DNA of 64,000 nucleotides from Candidatus Pacearchaeota archaeon (GCA_038740375.1 JAVYLW010000004.1:28067-92066); one strand, 5' to 3'. Counted from the first letter of the stretch, positions 16,107 to 26,987 are shown. Translations and numbers: made by a program. Notes: generated from the letters alone by a model not told the origin.

Positions 16107-19100
16107 ATGAATAAAAAGGGGTTAAATAAAATAATTAGTATTATTATTCTTTCTTTTGTTTTTTCAATTTTAGGTATATTAATCATTTATAGTATAATTG
16201 CAATATTCACAAAAAAAGGAAAAGAAGAAACAAAATTAGAACCTATATTAATTGATTTAGATATTCAAAGTGCTTATATAAATAAAAATAATGATACTGC
16301 TATTATTTCTGTTACAAGAACAGGAGAAGGACAAATAAATAAACTAAAATTTATTTTTAATGATAAAAACGGTGTTTCTTATATATATGAATATCCTTAT
16401 GCTGAAGGTTTTCCTAAAGAAGATGAAAAAAAGATTTATGAAATAAAATCCTATTTTATTCCGGGACTTAAAGATTTTTCAAAAATAATTACTGTTTCTA
16501 TAGCTTTTACAGTTTTAACTGAAAGTGGAAATGAATTAACTAGTATAATAAAGGATACTTTTGGAAAACCTCCTGAAGATATAAGAGACCCTAAGAATAA
16601 TTTATCTAGAAATACTCCTATAGTAGTTGGAAGTGGAAGTAGTGGTACTAGTGGAGGAGATGCATCATTTATAGAATGCGTTCCTAATTGTTTAGGAAAA
16701 GAATGTGGAAATGATGGATGTGGAGGAATATGTCCTCCTGGATGTTCTTCTAATGAAATCTGTAATAATGGAAAGTGTAGTTTATTCTTGTCAAATAATT
16801 TAAAAGATATGAATAAATATGATTCTAAAGAATTATTTTTAGTTTCTGATAATGATTGGAAAAAAGTTTTGCCATATATTCCTTTATCAGTCTGGAGTGG
16901 AAATGAAAATTGTCAAAGAGGAACTAACACTCCTAAAAATGTTTGTGTTTATCCTATGTTAATTTATCATGGTGAAAATGATTTTAATATACCTAATACT
17001 CCTTCTTATGAAATTTCAGATTCTGTTTATTCTTTGTTTGGAAAATCATTAGTAAGAATATACCTAGATAATAATTCAATTAAAGATTTTTTAAAAAATG
17101 ATTTAGATATAGTTTCTATTAAAGATAGTTATATAGATGTTGTTATTTCAGATTCTCAAAGGAGATATTATGAAAATAAAGGTTATCATCTTGAAATATT
17201 GCCTGTAACATTACCAAAATTTAATAATTTTGGAAATGATGCTAATTTTTCAGCATATCATACTTATGAGAGTATGGTTAATGAATTAAATTCTATTCAA
17301 CAAAATTATTCTTCTATTGCTAAAGTTTATGTTATTGGAAAATCAATTCAAGGAAGAAATATTTATGGAGTAAAAATATCTGATAATGTTGGAATTAAAG
17401 AAAATGAAACTAGAATACTTATTACGGGTAATCATCATGCAAGAGAAATAATCAGCGTTGAAGTTCCTATGTATATGATAAATTATTTAACTAAAAATTA
17501 TTATTTAAATGAAAAAATTAAAAAAATTGTTGATAATTATGAGTTTTGGTTTGTTCCAATGGTTAATCCTGATGGACATATTATGGTAGAAAAAGGAAAT
17601 CTATGGTGGAGAAAAAATTTAAGGGATAATAATAACAATAATGTAGTTGATGATTATGATGGCGTTGATTTAAACAGAAATTATGGTTATACTTGGGGTT
17701 ATGATGATATAGGTTCTAGTCCAAATTTTTATTCAGAGACTTATAGAGGCACAAAAGCTTTTTCAGAGCCTGAGACTTATGCTATATATAATTTATCTAT
17801 TCAAAACAATTTTTCTTATGTGTTTGATTATCATTCTTATGGAGGATTTATAATTTATCCTTGGGGTCATATAAATTCTTTAACTCCTGATGATAGTCTA
17901 TTTTATAATTTATCAAATAATTTTAAGGTTTATTTAAAAGGATATAATTCTGGCACGATATGTCAAATTTTTGGATATTCAAATGGAGATAGTATTGACT
18001 GGCATTATGGAGATCAAACAAATAAAAGCAAATCAATTGCATTTGGGATAGAGTTAGATTCATCTAATTTTATTCCTCCTTCAAGTGAAATTCTTCCAAT
18101 CTGTAAGAAAAATTTAGCAATGTTACTAAATTTTACAGGATATAATGTTCCAATAGTTAAAGATGCTAATGTAGATATTGATTCTGTTATTTATTTTATG
18201 CAACAATATTCTCCAAACAGACTAACGATTTTAGGCGATACTTCACAAGAAATTGATAATTTGCTTATTGCAAGTCCTCCTGTTGGAGCTGGATTAAATA
18301 TAAGTAAAATAAGAAGAATAAGTGAAGATAACTATTTGAATTACTGGTTAAATTATAGTGATATAATTTATGTTGAAGATAATTATGAAATTGCTTTAGT
18401 AGCCTCAAGTTATGCTTCTTTGATTAATTCTCCATTAATCATTAAAGGAAGTAATTTAGATAAAAATCAAACATTTAATGGAAAGAATGTCATATGTATT
18501 GGAAATATAAGTGGCGAATCTTCAAAGTATTGTTCTATAAAATATGATTTAAAAACTTTGCAAGATGTATACTTAAATTTAACTAAGACAAAAAAAATAA
18601 TTTTAGTTAATCCTGATGATTGGGATATATCTTTATCTGGAAACTTAAAAACTATGAGAACTGCTGGAATTGTTAGAAACCTTTACACCAAAAATTCATT
18701 GATTGCTCCTATTCTTGCAGCTTCAAAACATGAACTGATACTAACAAATGCTTCAAATAATTTACTTGTTTATGACAAATTAATAGAAGATTTTTTTAAT
18801 AGTAATTATAATGAAACAATAACTGAATGTAAATATATAGACTCATGTTCAAGTGGTTTTGATAATAAAAGTTTAAATATGAAAGGTGTTAAAGAAAAAA
18901 TAACCTTTTTTATAAAAACTCTTCCAGATATATTTCCTTATTATATTATTCCTTATGAAGGAAAAGTTAATAAAAAAACTGAATTGAAAATAGGTGTTAA
19001 GAATATTGGTTTTAATGTTTCTAAAAATTGTAGTGTGAGATTATATTTAGTGAATGATTCTAAAGAATTAATACTTATAGGAATGCAAAATTTAGGAGAT

Positions 19101-21206
19101 ATAAACGAAAATGAAGTTAAAGAAGCTGTAATAAACTTAACTTTTGAAAAAGCTGGTTACAAAAAATTATATATAAATGTTTCAACAGATTCTAAAGAAT
19201 TAGATGAAGAAAATAATTTTGAATTTTTTTCTTTTGAAGTTAAAGAACCTTCTCCAGATGTAGAGATCACAGGGCCTGCTTATTTATACATGAAAATAAA
19301 TTCTGCAAATTATTTTAATATAAGTATTTTTAATAATGGTGAAATTCAAACAGGAAAATTTAATTTAAGCTTAATGTATTATAATAATAGTATTATTTAT
19401 GAAAAAGAAATATTAAATCTTAATCCTGGTGAAAATAAATCAGTTCAATTTGAATTTAATCCTAAGGAAATAAAAACATATTATCTTATAGTTTATGCAC
19501 AAGTAACTAATGATTATTATCTGAAGGATAACTATCATTCTATAAAAATATTTGTAACGAGTAGTTTTGAAGATAATTCTATAAATAACAATGATACGTT
19601 CTTTTATAAAAATATCTCTGTTAACGAAAAAACAAAGAATAATTACAAGGTATATGAAAATAAAAGCATTTTTGATTATATTGAACAACCTTATTATTAT
19701 ATTTATCTGAATGGTTTTTTTTATAATTGTAGTAAAGATTTTGTTATTGTAAACATATATTTTAATAATGAACCTCTAGGATATAAAAAGGTATCTTGTT
19801 ATAATGATCTTCCTAGAAATAATTATTCTGAATATTTAGGAGGTTATCCTCATTATTTTTTAAGAAATATAACTTTTGAATTTAATGGTAGTTTAATATT
19901 TCATAATGAAAGCAATATGATGTATTTTTATAAAGATTCTGAATTGTTATTGTCATTTTCAAAAGAAGAAAGCTCTGGAGTTTTAAACATTCCTATTTTA
20001 ATTTCAGGATGGACTTTAAATGAATCTAGTTTTTATGTTCAAAATAAGAATTATAGCACAATCATTGTTAATATAAAAGAATTAGACATATATAATAAAA
20101 CAGATTTTGATGTTTATTTGAACGGGCAATTTATAGGTTTATTAGATTTAAGAAATTCTAATGGAGACAAATCAAAGGAATTTTTAATACCTGAAAATTT
20201 AAAGAAAAGTTCATACCTTAATATAAGTTTAAAACCAAATGGTTCAAATTTTTATATAGCTAATGTTAAGTTAAAAACTGATTTTGACGACTACTATCTT
20301 ACAATTATAGGAAGTCCTGAATCTATTCCTAATGAACAATATTATGAAGACTATTATAGTTATTATGAATCTGATTTTAGAGAACTTGGAGATATTGATA
20401 AAGATAATGAAGGAGAGTTTTCTGTCGGAAGAATCTTTGGATTATCAAGTTCAGATGTTTCTTCATATTTAGCGAGAGTTTTGTTTTATGATAAAATTAC
20501 TAAAAAAAGTGGAGGAACTTTTATGATGGTTGGAGATGGATATACTCAAAGAATTCCATTAATGGAATGTAACAAAAGTTTTTGTAGCTGTTATTTCGAT
20601 GTAGAATGTCCTCAAATATTTAATAGATACAAAAACTATTTTTATCCTTTTGAAAATTGTAATCAAGATTTAATAGATGGCAAAGCACAAGATTATGGAA
20701 CAAGCGATTGTGAAAATGTTAACAGATTAAAGAATAACATATTATTTAATTCAAGCATGACTGCTTACGCAGGTCATGCTGGATTAGAAGGGTGGGATAT
20801 TGATTATAGAATGATGAAAACAAATGAATTAATAGAGATTCCTCCTATGTTTAATTATGCATTCGGATGTGCATCATGCTCTTTTAGAGAAGCTTCTTAT
20901 TACTCTTCTTATTACCCTGGTAGTCTTGAAAACTTGTTTTGTGCTAATATTATTAGAAAAGGTTCTATAGGATATCAAGGTGCTGTTGAAAATATGTATG
21001 GAAATCATTTCTTAAACGAAATATTTGATGAGATTCTCATAAATAACAAATCAATAGGATATGCATTTAAAGTAGCAAAAAATAAAGAAAGAAGATATGA
21101 TTGGGAAACACCTCTTTTGCCTAATTATGCTCAATATAGAGACCTTTTTGGAATTCATGATACATTAATTGGGGATCCGACATTTATCGGAAAATTTGGA
21201 AAATGA
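16107..21206 (+). CDS. Giant membrane-anchored surface protein: Cys-rich module + M14 zinc carboxypeptidase domain + CARDB-like repeats + C-terminal C25/gingipain-like cysteine peptidase domain
   Basis: 1699 aa with an N-terminal TM helix (IISIIILSFVFSILGILIIYSIIAIF). The Cys-rich module is ECVPNCLGKECGNDGCGGICPPGCSSNEICNNGKCS (about nt 16670-16790). The M14 domain (about nt 17250-18150) has YHTYESMVNEL, ITGNHHAREIIS (HxxE), MVNPDGH and FGIELD. CARDB-like segments include LKIGVKNIGFNVSKNCSVRLYL. The C-terminal region (about nt 20290-21206) has the His/Cys dyad context AYAGHAGLEGW and NYAFGCASCSF. Confidence 0.7.
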   Translation: MNKKGLNKIISIIILSFVFSILGILIIYSIIAIFTKKGKEETKLEPILIDLDIQSAYINKNNDTAIISVTRTGEGQINKLKFIFNDKNGVSYIYEYPYAEGFPKEDEKKIYEIKSYFIPGLKDFSKIITVSIAFTVLTESGNELTSIIKDTFGKPPEDIRDPKNNLSRNTPIVVGSGSSGTSGGDASFIECVPNCLGKECGNDGCGGICPPGCSSNEICNNGKCSLFLSNNLKDMNKYDSKELFLVSDNDWKKVLPYIPLSVWSGNENCQRGTNTPKNVCVYPMLIYHGENDFNIPNTPSYEISDSVYSLFGKSLVRIYLDNNSIKDFLKNDLDIVSIKDSYIDVVISDSQRRYYENKGYHLEILPVTLPKFNNFGNDANFSAYHTYESMVNELNSIQQNYSSIAKVYVIGKSIQGRNIYGVKISDNVGIKENETRILITGNHHAREIISVEVPMYMINYLTKNYYLNEKIKKIVDNYEFWFVPMVNPDGHIMVEKGNLWWRKNLRDNNNNNVVDDYDGVDLNRNYGYTWGYDDIGSSPNFYSETYRGTKAFSEPETYAIYNLSIQNNFSYVFDYHSYGGFIIYPWGHINSLTPDDSLFYNLSNNFKVYLKGYNSGTICQIFGYSNGDSIDWHYGDQTNKSKSIAFGIELDSSNFIPPSSEILPICKKNLAMLLNFTGYNVPIVKDANVDIDSVIYFMQQYSPNRLTILGDTSQEIDNLLIASPPVGAGLNISKIRRISEDNYLNYWLNYSDIIYVEDNYEIALVASSYASLINSPLIIKGSNLDKNQTFNGKNVICIGNISGESSKYCSIKYDLKTLQDVYLNLTKTKKIILVNPDDWDISLSGNLKTMRTAGIVRNLYTKNSLIAPILAASKHELILTNASNNLLVYDKLIEDFFNSNYNETITECKYIDSCSSGFDNKSLNMKGVKEKITFFIKTLPDIFPYYIIPYEGKVNKKTELKIGVKNIGFNVSKNCSVRLYLVNDSKELILIGMQNLGDINENEVKEAVINLTFEKAGYKKLYINVSTDSKELDEENNFEFFSFEVKEPSPDVEITGPAYLYMKINSANYFNISIFNNGEIQTGKFNLSLMYYNNSIIYEKEILNLNPGENKSVQFEFNPKEIKTYYLIVYAQVTNDYYLKDNYHSIKIFVTSSFEDNSINNNDTFFYKNISVNEKTKNNYKVYENKSIFDYIEQPYYYIYLNGFFYNCSKDFVIVNIYFNNEPLGYKKVSCYNDLPRNNYSEYLGGYPHYFLRNITFEFNGSLIFHNESNMMYFYKDSELLLSFSKEESSGVLNIPILISGWTLNESSFYVQNKNYSTIIVNIKELDIYNKTDFDVYLNGQFIGLLDLRNSNGDKSKEFLIPENLKKSSYLNISLKPNGSNFYIANVKLKTDFDDYYLTIIGSPESIPNEQYYEDYYSYYESDFRELGDIDKDNEGEFSVGRIFGLSSSDVSSYLARVLFYDKITKKSGGTFMMVGDGYTQRIPLMECNKSFCSCYFDVECPQIFNRYKNYFYPFENCNQDLIDGKAQDYGTSDCENVNRLKNNILFNSSMTAYAGHAGLEGWDIDYRMMKTNELIEIPPMFNYAFGCASCSFREASYYSSYYPGSLENLFCANIIRKGSIGYQGAVENMYGNHFLNEIFDEILINNKSIGYAFKVAKNKERRYDWETPLLPNYAQYRDLFGIHDTLIGDPTFIGKFGK

Positions 21207-22102
21207 AAAAAAAATTTATATTAATATTGTTTGTAATAATTTTTTCAGTTTCAAACGTATATTCTTTAATAACAGTTAGGATTGATGTAAAACCGAGTTT
21301 TAATGTTGGAGAAACTGTGAAATTTGATTATATAATATCTTCTGATAAAAATCAAGAAATCTCTTATATTGCAAGGATAAAATGCCCGGGTTTATTTGAA
21401 AGAATGCTTTTACCAGAAAATGTTGGAATAAGTAAAGATGTTCCATTATCAAGAACTTATGAAGGTTTTAATGTTACAAAAGAAATTAAACCACAGCAAT
21501 GTATTGCTATAGTAGAAATTCAAAAACCTATTAATCTAATACGGCAGGAAGTTTTTGAAATAGTAAATGAACCTCTTATTAATTTTCGATTAAAAATGTG
21601 TAATGATGAAAAATGTAATAAAGAATCAAAAGTTTTTATACAAGGAGAAAAAGTTTATTTTGATTATTCAAGTGATGTTGATAATTTAGTATTAAGTCCT
21701 AAAATAGTTTTTCCGAATTATTCATCAAAAGTAATATCAATTCCTACAAGTATTATTTTTAATGAAATAGGAAGTTATAAAATCGAAGTTAGTGCTTATA
21801 AATCCGGTTATAGATCTTTTGAATTAACTGAGAATTTTGCTATTATTGAGAAAAAATCAATTATTCAAAAAATTATTTTTAGAGGTTCAGAAGAATCATC
21901 AAGTGAAAATATAGATAATTTTGAAAAATCTAAAATAGACAGCAATTATTTATGGATATTTTTAATTATTATAGTTATTATATTGATAATCGTTATTTTT
22001 TCTATATTTTTTATTAATTTTAAAAAACAAAGAGATATTAATAAAAAAGAAAATTTAAAATATCCTAATAATGTAAAAATTAGTAATTTTGAAATTCGTT
22101 AA
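21203..22102 (+). CDS. Secreted, C-terminally membrane-anchored hypothetical protein
   Basis: 299 aa. It has a signal-peptide-like N-terminus (MKKKFILILFVIIFSVSNVYS) and a C-terminal TM helix plus basic tail (YLWIFLIIIVIILIIVIFSIFFINFKKQRD). Its ATG overlaps the giant ORF's stop (ATGA). Confidence 0.55.
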   Translation: MKKKFILILFVIIFSVSNVYSLITVRIDVKPSFNVGETVKFDYIISSDKNQEISYIARIKCPGLFERMLLPENVGISKDVPLSRTYEGFNVTKEIKPQQCIAIVEIQKPINLIRQEVFEIVNEPLINFRLKMCNDEKCNKESKVFIQGEKVYFDYSSDVDNLVLSPKIVFPNYSSKVISIPTSIIFNEIGSYKIEVSAYKSGYRSFELTENFAIIEKKSIIQKIIFRGSEESSSENIDNFEKSKIDSNYLWIFLIIIVIILIIVIFSIFFINFKKQRDINKKENLKYPNNVKISNFEIR

Positions 22103-22240
22103 TTATAAAAATATAAAATTAGAGGATAATGGAGATTTATCATAAGAAATAACAAAAAAATTAAATCCATCTATTTTAATCCAAAACAAAAAGTTTATAT
22201 TTTATAATAAACTTTTAAATTTAGAGTATTATATATTAAA

Positions 22241-22492
22241 ATGGTTAAAAAAGGTCGTATTGAAAAAAAGTTTGTAAAACCTTTTTCTGTTATAATTAAG
22301 TTTGCAGTGTGGATAACAACTATTCTTGTTTCATTAGCTGTAGGATTTTCTATGACAGAAGGTGGAGCATTAAATCAAAGTATTCCTTTTATTTCAAAAA
22401 TAGGAAATGGATTAATTGTTGCAATTGCTGGTTGGATTGTTATTGTTTTAACAATTATAAGTATAATACTTTCAATATTTGAAAGATTATAA
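22241..22492 (+). CDS. Small two-TM membrane protein (hypothetical)
   Basis: 83 aa with two hydrophobic helices (FAVWITTILVSLAVGF and LIVAIAGWIVIVLTIISIILSIF). Confidence 0.45.
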   Translation: MVKKGRIEKKFVKPFSVIIKFAVWITTILVSLAVGFSMTEGGALNQSIPFISKIGNGLIVAIAGWIVIVLTIISIILSIFERL

Positions 22493-22721
22493 CTTAAATA
22501 TAAAGTAAATTAAAACTTTAAAGAATTATTATGATTATGATGATTATTGACTTTTATTTAAAAATAAACATTATGTAATTAATAAATTAAGGCAATAACT
22601 AAATTCTATGTAAAATTTCTTTAATTAAAGAATTTTAAAATTAATTTACCATAAAGTTTTTATATTTGAATTATTTAAAAAAATAAATAAAAAAGATTAA
22701 ATAAAAAGAGGTTAAAAAAGA

Positions 22722-23135
22722 ATGATTAGTTGGTTTGTTATTATCCTTGCTATCATCGGAATTTTTTTTCTATACAAACTTGTTACTTATAAACATAGAA
22801 AACCTAGAATATTTATGGTTATATTCCTTATATTGATAATTTTATTTGTATCTACACTATATTTAGTTACTAAAGCCAATAATGTGGACATGACTACACT
22901 CTCAGGATTTGGAAATGGTATGAAAATATATGGTATTTGGATTCTTAATCAGTTTTCAGGTATAAAATCAATTACTGGAAATGCTGTTAATTTAGATTGG
23001 GCTAAAGTTAATCTTAAAGATACAAAACCTATTTCAAATAATATAACCTCTAATAATAATCAGGCAAATATTGAAGCAAAAACTAATATTTCAAATTCTA
23101 CTAAAAATTTGATGAAGCCAAAACCTCTAAAATAA
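22722..23135 (+). CDS. Membrane protein (hypothetical)
   Basis: 137 aa with two N-terminal TM helices and an Asn/Ser-rich C-terminal tail. Confidence 0.45.
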   Translation: MISWFVIILAIIGIFFLYKLVTYKHRKPRIFMVIFLILIILFVSTLYLVTKANNVDMTTLSGFGNGMKIYGIWILNQFSGIKSITGNAVNLDWAKVNLKDTKPISNNITSNNNQANIEAKTNISNSTKNLMKPKPLK

Positions 23136-23268
23136 AAATAATAAAGAAATTCTCTTATTAAAAAATTTATTTAATAATAAAATTCAATACAAAATTTTTA
23201 TAACACAATAAATAAAACAATAGATATTCTTTTATATTTAGTTATTTATTTTTATTAAAAACTAAAAT

Positions 23269-23342
23269 GCCGCAGTAGCTCAGCTGGTTAGAGCGCTACC
23301 TTGGTAAGGTAGAGGTCCTGAGTTCAAGACTCAGCTGTGGCT
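23269..23342 (+). tRNA. tRNA-Thr (anticodon GGU)
   Basis: 74 nt. The acceptor pairs GCCGCAG/CTGTGGC (one G-U), the D arm contains AGCTCAGCTGGTTAGAGC, the anticodon arm is CTACC-TTGGTAA-GGTAG and the T arm is CTGAG-TTCAAGA-CTCAG. Confidence 0.9.
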
Positions 23343-23424
23343 TTATTAATTTTAATTTACTCTAAAAGTTTAAAAATAAAATACAAAATCAAGTAAAAAA
23401 TAATATTTACCTGTTTATATAATT

Positions 23425-24189
23425 TTAAAAACAATGAGAATCATAGTAAGGATCACAAATCTTGTATAAATACCTGTAATCAGATTTCTCTTTTATATAT
23501 CCTTCTGCTATTTTTAATTCTGTTGAGTTTTCGATTTTATATTCAATTTTTATATCACTATTTATCTTAACTGTAAAATCACAATCAAAGAAAAAGCTTT
23601 TTTTTTCACCAATATCTAAACTTTTGTTAGGTTTTATCTTATCACATTCATCAACTTTAATCATTGTTATTGTAACTTTTTCTTCTCCTATATTTTTTAT
23701 ATCTAAAGTGAGATCTTTCCTTGACACGTCAATTTCTTTTATTTCAAATGGATCATCTATATTTGTCCTATATCTGTTGTTATTAGAATATCTAAATTCA
23801 TAATCATCACATATTTTATTGTAATTTTCATCTAAACAGCACCTAGTTCCTTCTTGAATATAGGGTCTTTGACAAAAAACATTCTCTTCTTTTTTAAACT
23901 CTCTTAAAATTTGCTCTTCTAAATTGTCACATACTCTATTAATATTTTTGTCTAAACAACATATATCTCCTATTTTCACAAAAGGAAAATAACAAACTAT
24001 ATCTTGCTTTTTCTGTATTTCTATTAAAGTTTCTGTTTTAAATGGTTTTTGTTTTTGAGTTGGTTTTATATTTACTGATATAATGTTCGTTTTAAGAATA
24101 ATATAAGTAATTATTGCAGATAATAATATCAAAACAATAACTATTAAAAATATCACTACACCTATAATCTGCGCTTTTTTTCTTTTCAT
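23425..24189 (-). CDS. Membrane-anchored Cys-rich secreted protein (hypothetical)
   Basis: 254 aa with an N-terminal TM helix. A Cys motif is duplicated: VCYFPFVKIGDICCLDKNINRVCDNLEE and FCQRPYIQEGTRCCLDENYNKICDDYE. A CARDB-like beta segment follows (LTLDIKNIGEEKVTITMIKVDEC). Confidence 0.55.
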   Translation of the reverse strand: MKRKKAQIIGVVIFLIVIVLILLSAIITYIILKTNIISVNIKPTQKQKPFKTETLIEIQKKQDIVCYFPFVKIGDICCLDKNINRVCDNLEEQILREFKKEENVFCQRPYIQEGTRCCLDENYNKICDDYEFRYSNNNRYRTNIDDPFEIKEIDVSRKDLTLDIKNIGEEKVTITMIKVDECDKIKPNKSLDIGEKKSFFFDCDFTVKINSDIKIEYKIENSTELKIAEGYIKEKSDYRYLYKICDPYYDSHCF

Positions 24190-24395
24190 AATGATAAATA
24201 TTTAAATATTTATTTAAAATTATCTTACTACTTGTTGTTAATAAAATAACTTATATTTACAAAAATATCTATTACTAAGAGCAATCTGATAAATCTAAAA
24301 AGACATAAAGAATAACAAAGATAATTATTGTAATAAACTATTTTTTATGAGTAGTTAGTTTTAAAAAGCATATTTTCTAAATTTTTTATGTAAAA

Positions 24396-24917
24396 ATGAA
24401 GTTAAAAGAAAATAGAAACAAAGAAATTAAGAATGATACTTTTTCAAATATAAATGAACTTAAAGAAGAATATGAAAAACTAAGAAAAATCTATCATTTA
24501 CCTGAGTTTTCAGAGCTTAATAAATTATTTGATATTGAAGAAGTTGATATTGAAACAGAGTTTCTTCTTAGGAAAATAAGAAGATTAATATCTGAAAGAA
24601 TTGCAAATTATATAAGATTTATTGAAATAATTTTGAATCCAAGCAATGCTCCAATATTTTTCTTTAAATTAAATAAAAAACTAGACATAAGTGATAGAGA
24701 GTCACTAACTAAACTTTATGAATCTTTAGGTTTTTTTGAAATAAATGCTCTATCGCTTGATGTTGATTACTCTGAAAGTAAAGAAGCTGATTTTATACTA
24801 AAATCATATAATTTGTTTAATAATGACATTAAAGTTAAACTTCTCGACTTAATAAAAAAATTAGAAAATGGAGAAAATAATTTTAAAAAAGATAATAATG
24901 GATGTTACTTTGGATAA
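24396..24917 (+). CDS. Hypothetical protein
   Basis: 173-aa ORF, helical and charged. I recognise no motif. Confidence 0.45.
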   Translation: MKLKENRNKEIKNDTFSNINELKEEYEKLRKIYHLPEFSELNKLFDIEEVDIETEFLLRKIRRLISERIANYIRFIEIILNPSNAPIFFFKLNKKLDISDRESLTKLYESLGFFEINALSLDVDYSESKEADFILKSYNLFNNDIKVKLLDLIKKLENGENNFKKDNNGCYFG

Positions 24918-25010
24918 TTTTAACATTAATCAAAAAAATAATGATTAGCATCATTTGATCAATCTTTATTTTTTCAATTATTAGAATAGTATACTCCTAA
25001 AGTTGATATT

Positions 25011-26669
25011 TTATTTAATTGTTTCTATATTTATCTCTATACTTGAAACAGGCATCTTTATTTTATTATTTTTTAACACATTCGGATGTACTTCTCCTAT
25101 AACTCCTGCTATTTTTTTATTTATTATAACCTGACCACATCTTCCATCTATAAACGTAGGATGTGTGATTTCTTTTATTTCATATTTAAAATCAAGCATT
25201 CTTGAAAGATAGTCTAAAATTTGTTTTATTTCAGTAAAATTAGCTTTGTCATGACAAATTGATATACAAAGATTTTCTTTTTCTCCTATTCCTGTTTCTT
25301 TACTATCATCTTCATAAAAAACTTTTCCAATTTCAAAAATTTTTTGAGGATAACTCGCATCGCTATTTTCAGAAAGTATTTTTATTGATTGTGACAATAA
25401 AGAAGTTCTTAAAATATTATTTTCAGTTTTTGAATCTATTATTTCTATAATATCTCCATATTCTTTAAATCCTAATTTTTTATATTCAATTTCTTTAGTT
25501 GTTAAATGATATGTTGATATTTCGAGCATATTTAACCCTATTAATAATTCAGATATTTTTCTTTTTAGAATTGCCATAATATCCTCTTCTCCTATTGTTG
25601 AAATTTTAGGAATTTCAGGTATAAAATTTTCATAACCATATGCTATAGCAATATCTTCTACAATATCTATTTCATGAATTATGTCTGTTCTGTAACTTGG
25701 AATTAATGCATAATATCTTTCCTTATCTTTTTCATAACCTAAACCCATCTTTTCTAATAAGGGTTTTATTTGTTTTTCATTTAGATTTAATCCTAAAGTT
25801 TTATTTACAAAATCAATTGAAAATTCTTTTTTTTCAAGTTCTAAAATAGGTGTTAAATATTTTTTATTTTCTTTTTCATCTATAATCTCCATGGATATTA
25901 TTTTTCCACCCATATCTGAAAGTGCTGTTACTATTATATTAAGAGCTTTTTTTAAATATTCTATATTAAATCCAGAACATTCAATAAAAATTTCTTTTGT
26001 TTCATTTTTTATTTTTCCTGTTTTATGAGAATTTATTATAGGAGGCATAGATAGTATTTCGTTGTTTGCATCTTGAAAAATTGGAAATACTTCGCAGTTG
26101 TCCAATAAATAACCAAATTCTCTACCTTTTGGATGTTGAGATAAAATTTGCCTACCATTAATTTCTTTAGGAAATTCTAAAGGTTGAAATTTAATTTCTT
26201 CAGGTTTTTTTGCTAAAAATCTTATAGGTAATTTTATTTGTTCTAAAGGATAAATACCTATTGCAAGTTTTTTTCTGTTTCTCCCAAATACTAAATGAAG
26301 TTTTTCTTGAATATCAATTATATTCTTTATTCTTTCTTCATCAAATTTTAAGTTTTTTACGATTGCGCACGCTGTAAAAGGTCTTACTTTTTTTACTGAT
26401 TTATCTATTATAACTTTGAAATCTTTCTCAGGTTTCTCAACTATATATTCTGGAATATTTTGTCTTTTCTCTAAAAAATTTAACATTGCTCTTATAAATC
26501 CTTGTAAGGATAACAAATCAGGCCTGTTTGGATAAATTTCTATAGAAATTTCATCATCAGATATTTCTTCTATTGTTGTTCCAAACATTGTTATTTTTTC
26601 TTCTAAATCTTTTGTTATTTTTCCTATGTTTTTTTCTAATTCTTTTCTATTTAATGTGATAATAGCCAT
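25011..26669 (-). CDS. pheT: Phenylalanyl-tRNA synthetase beta subunit (archaeal type)
   Basis: 552 aa. The N-terminal B3/4 region (ISIEIYPNRPDLLSLQGFIRAM), the B5 region (IPSYRTDIIHEIDIVEDIAIAYGYENF) and a class II-like C-terminal domain are present. It shares an operon with pheS. Confidence 0.9.
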   Translation of the reverse strand: MAIITLNRKELEKNIGKITKDLEEKITMFGTTIEEISDDEISIEIYPNRPDLLSLQGFIRAMLNFLEKRQNIPEYIVEKPEKDFKVIIDKSVKKVRPFTACAIVKNLKFDEERIKNIIDIQEKLHLVFGRNRKKLAIGIYPLEQIKLPIRFLAKKPEEIKFQPLEFPKEINGRQILSQHPKGREFGYLLDNCEVFPIFQDANNEILSMPPIINSHKTGKIKNETKEIFIECSGFNIEYLKKALNIIVTALSDMGGKIISMEIIDEKENKKYLTPILELEKKEFSIDFVNKTLGLNLNEKQIKPLLEKMGLGYEKDKERYYALIPSYRTDIIHEIDIVEDIAIAYGYENFIPEIPKISTIGEEDIMAILKRKISELLIGLNMLEISTYHLTTKEIEYKKLGFKEYGDIIEIIDSKTENNILRTSLLSQSIKILSENSDASYPQKIFEIGKVFYEDDSKETGIGEKENLCISICHDKANFTEIKQILDYLSRMLDFKYEIKEITHPTFIDGRCGQVIINKKIAGVIGEVHPNVLKNNKIKMPVSSIEINIETIK

Positions 26670-26684
26670 TTTAACTATATTTTT

Positions 26685-26948
26685 TTAACTAAGTTCAATA
26701 ATATAAAATCCATATTTTTTTATTTCTTCTGGTCTATGCATTCTTGTTGGATTAAACTTAATTATTGATTTTGCTTTTTTCTTTATTTTTCTACCTGTGT
26801 AAGTATTAATTTCAGGATCATATTCTTCTAAAACTAAGATATCTCCTTCTTGAATTTCAAAATCTGCTAATCTTAACTCAAAATTCCTTTTTCCATTTAG
26901 TATTTGTTGAAAATACTCAGGCCAAATTTTCTTTTTAATTTCTTTCAT
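26685..26948 (-). CDS. ASCH/DUF3850-like small PUA-fold protein
   Basis: 87 aa. KKIWPEYFQQILNGKRNFELRLADFEIQEGDILVLEEYD..TGRKIKKKAKSI follows the DUF3850/ASCH pattern. It sits between pheS and pheT. Confidence 0.5.
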   Translation of the reverse strand: MKEIKKKIWPEYFQQILNGKRNFELRLADFEIQEGDILVLEEYDPEINTYTGRKIKKKAKSIIKFNPTRMHRPEEIKKYGFYIIELS

Positions 26949-26987
26949 TTTAATTATTTATTCACCTCCTTACATTTTTTAAAATTT

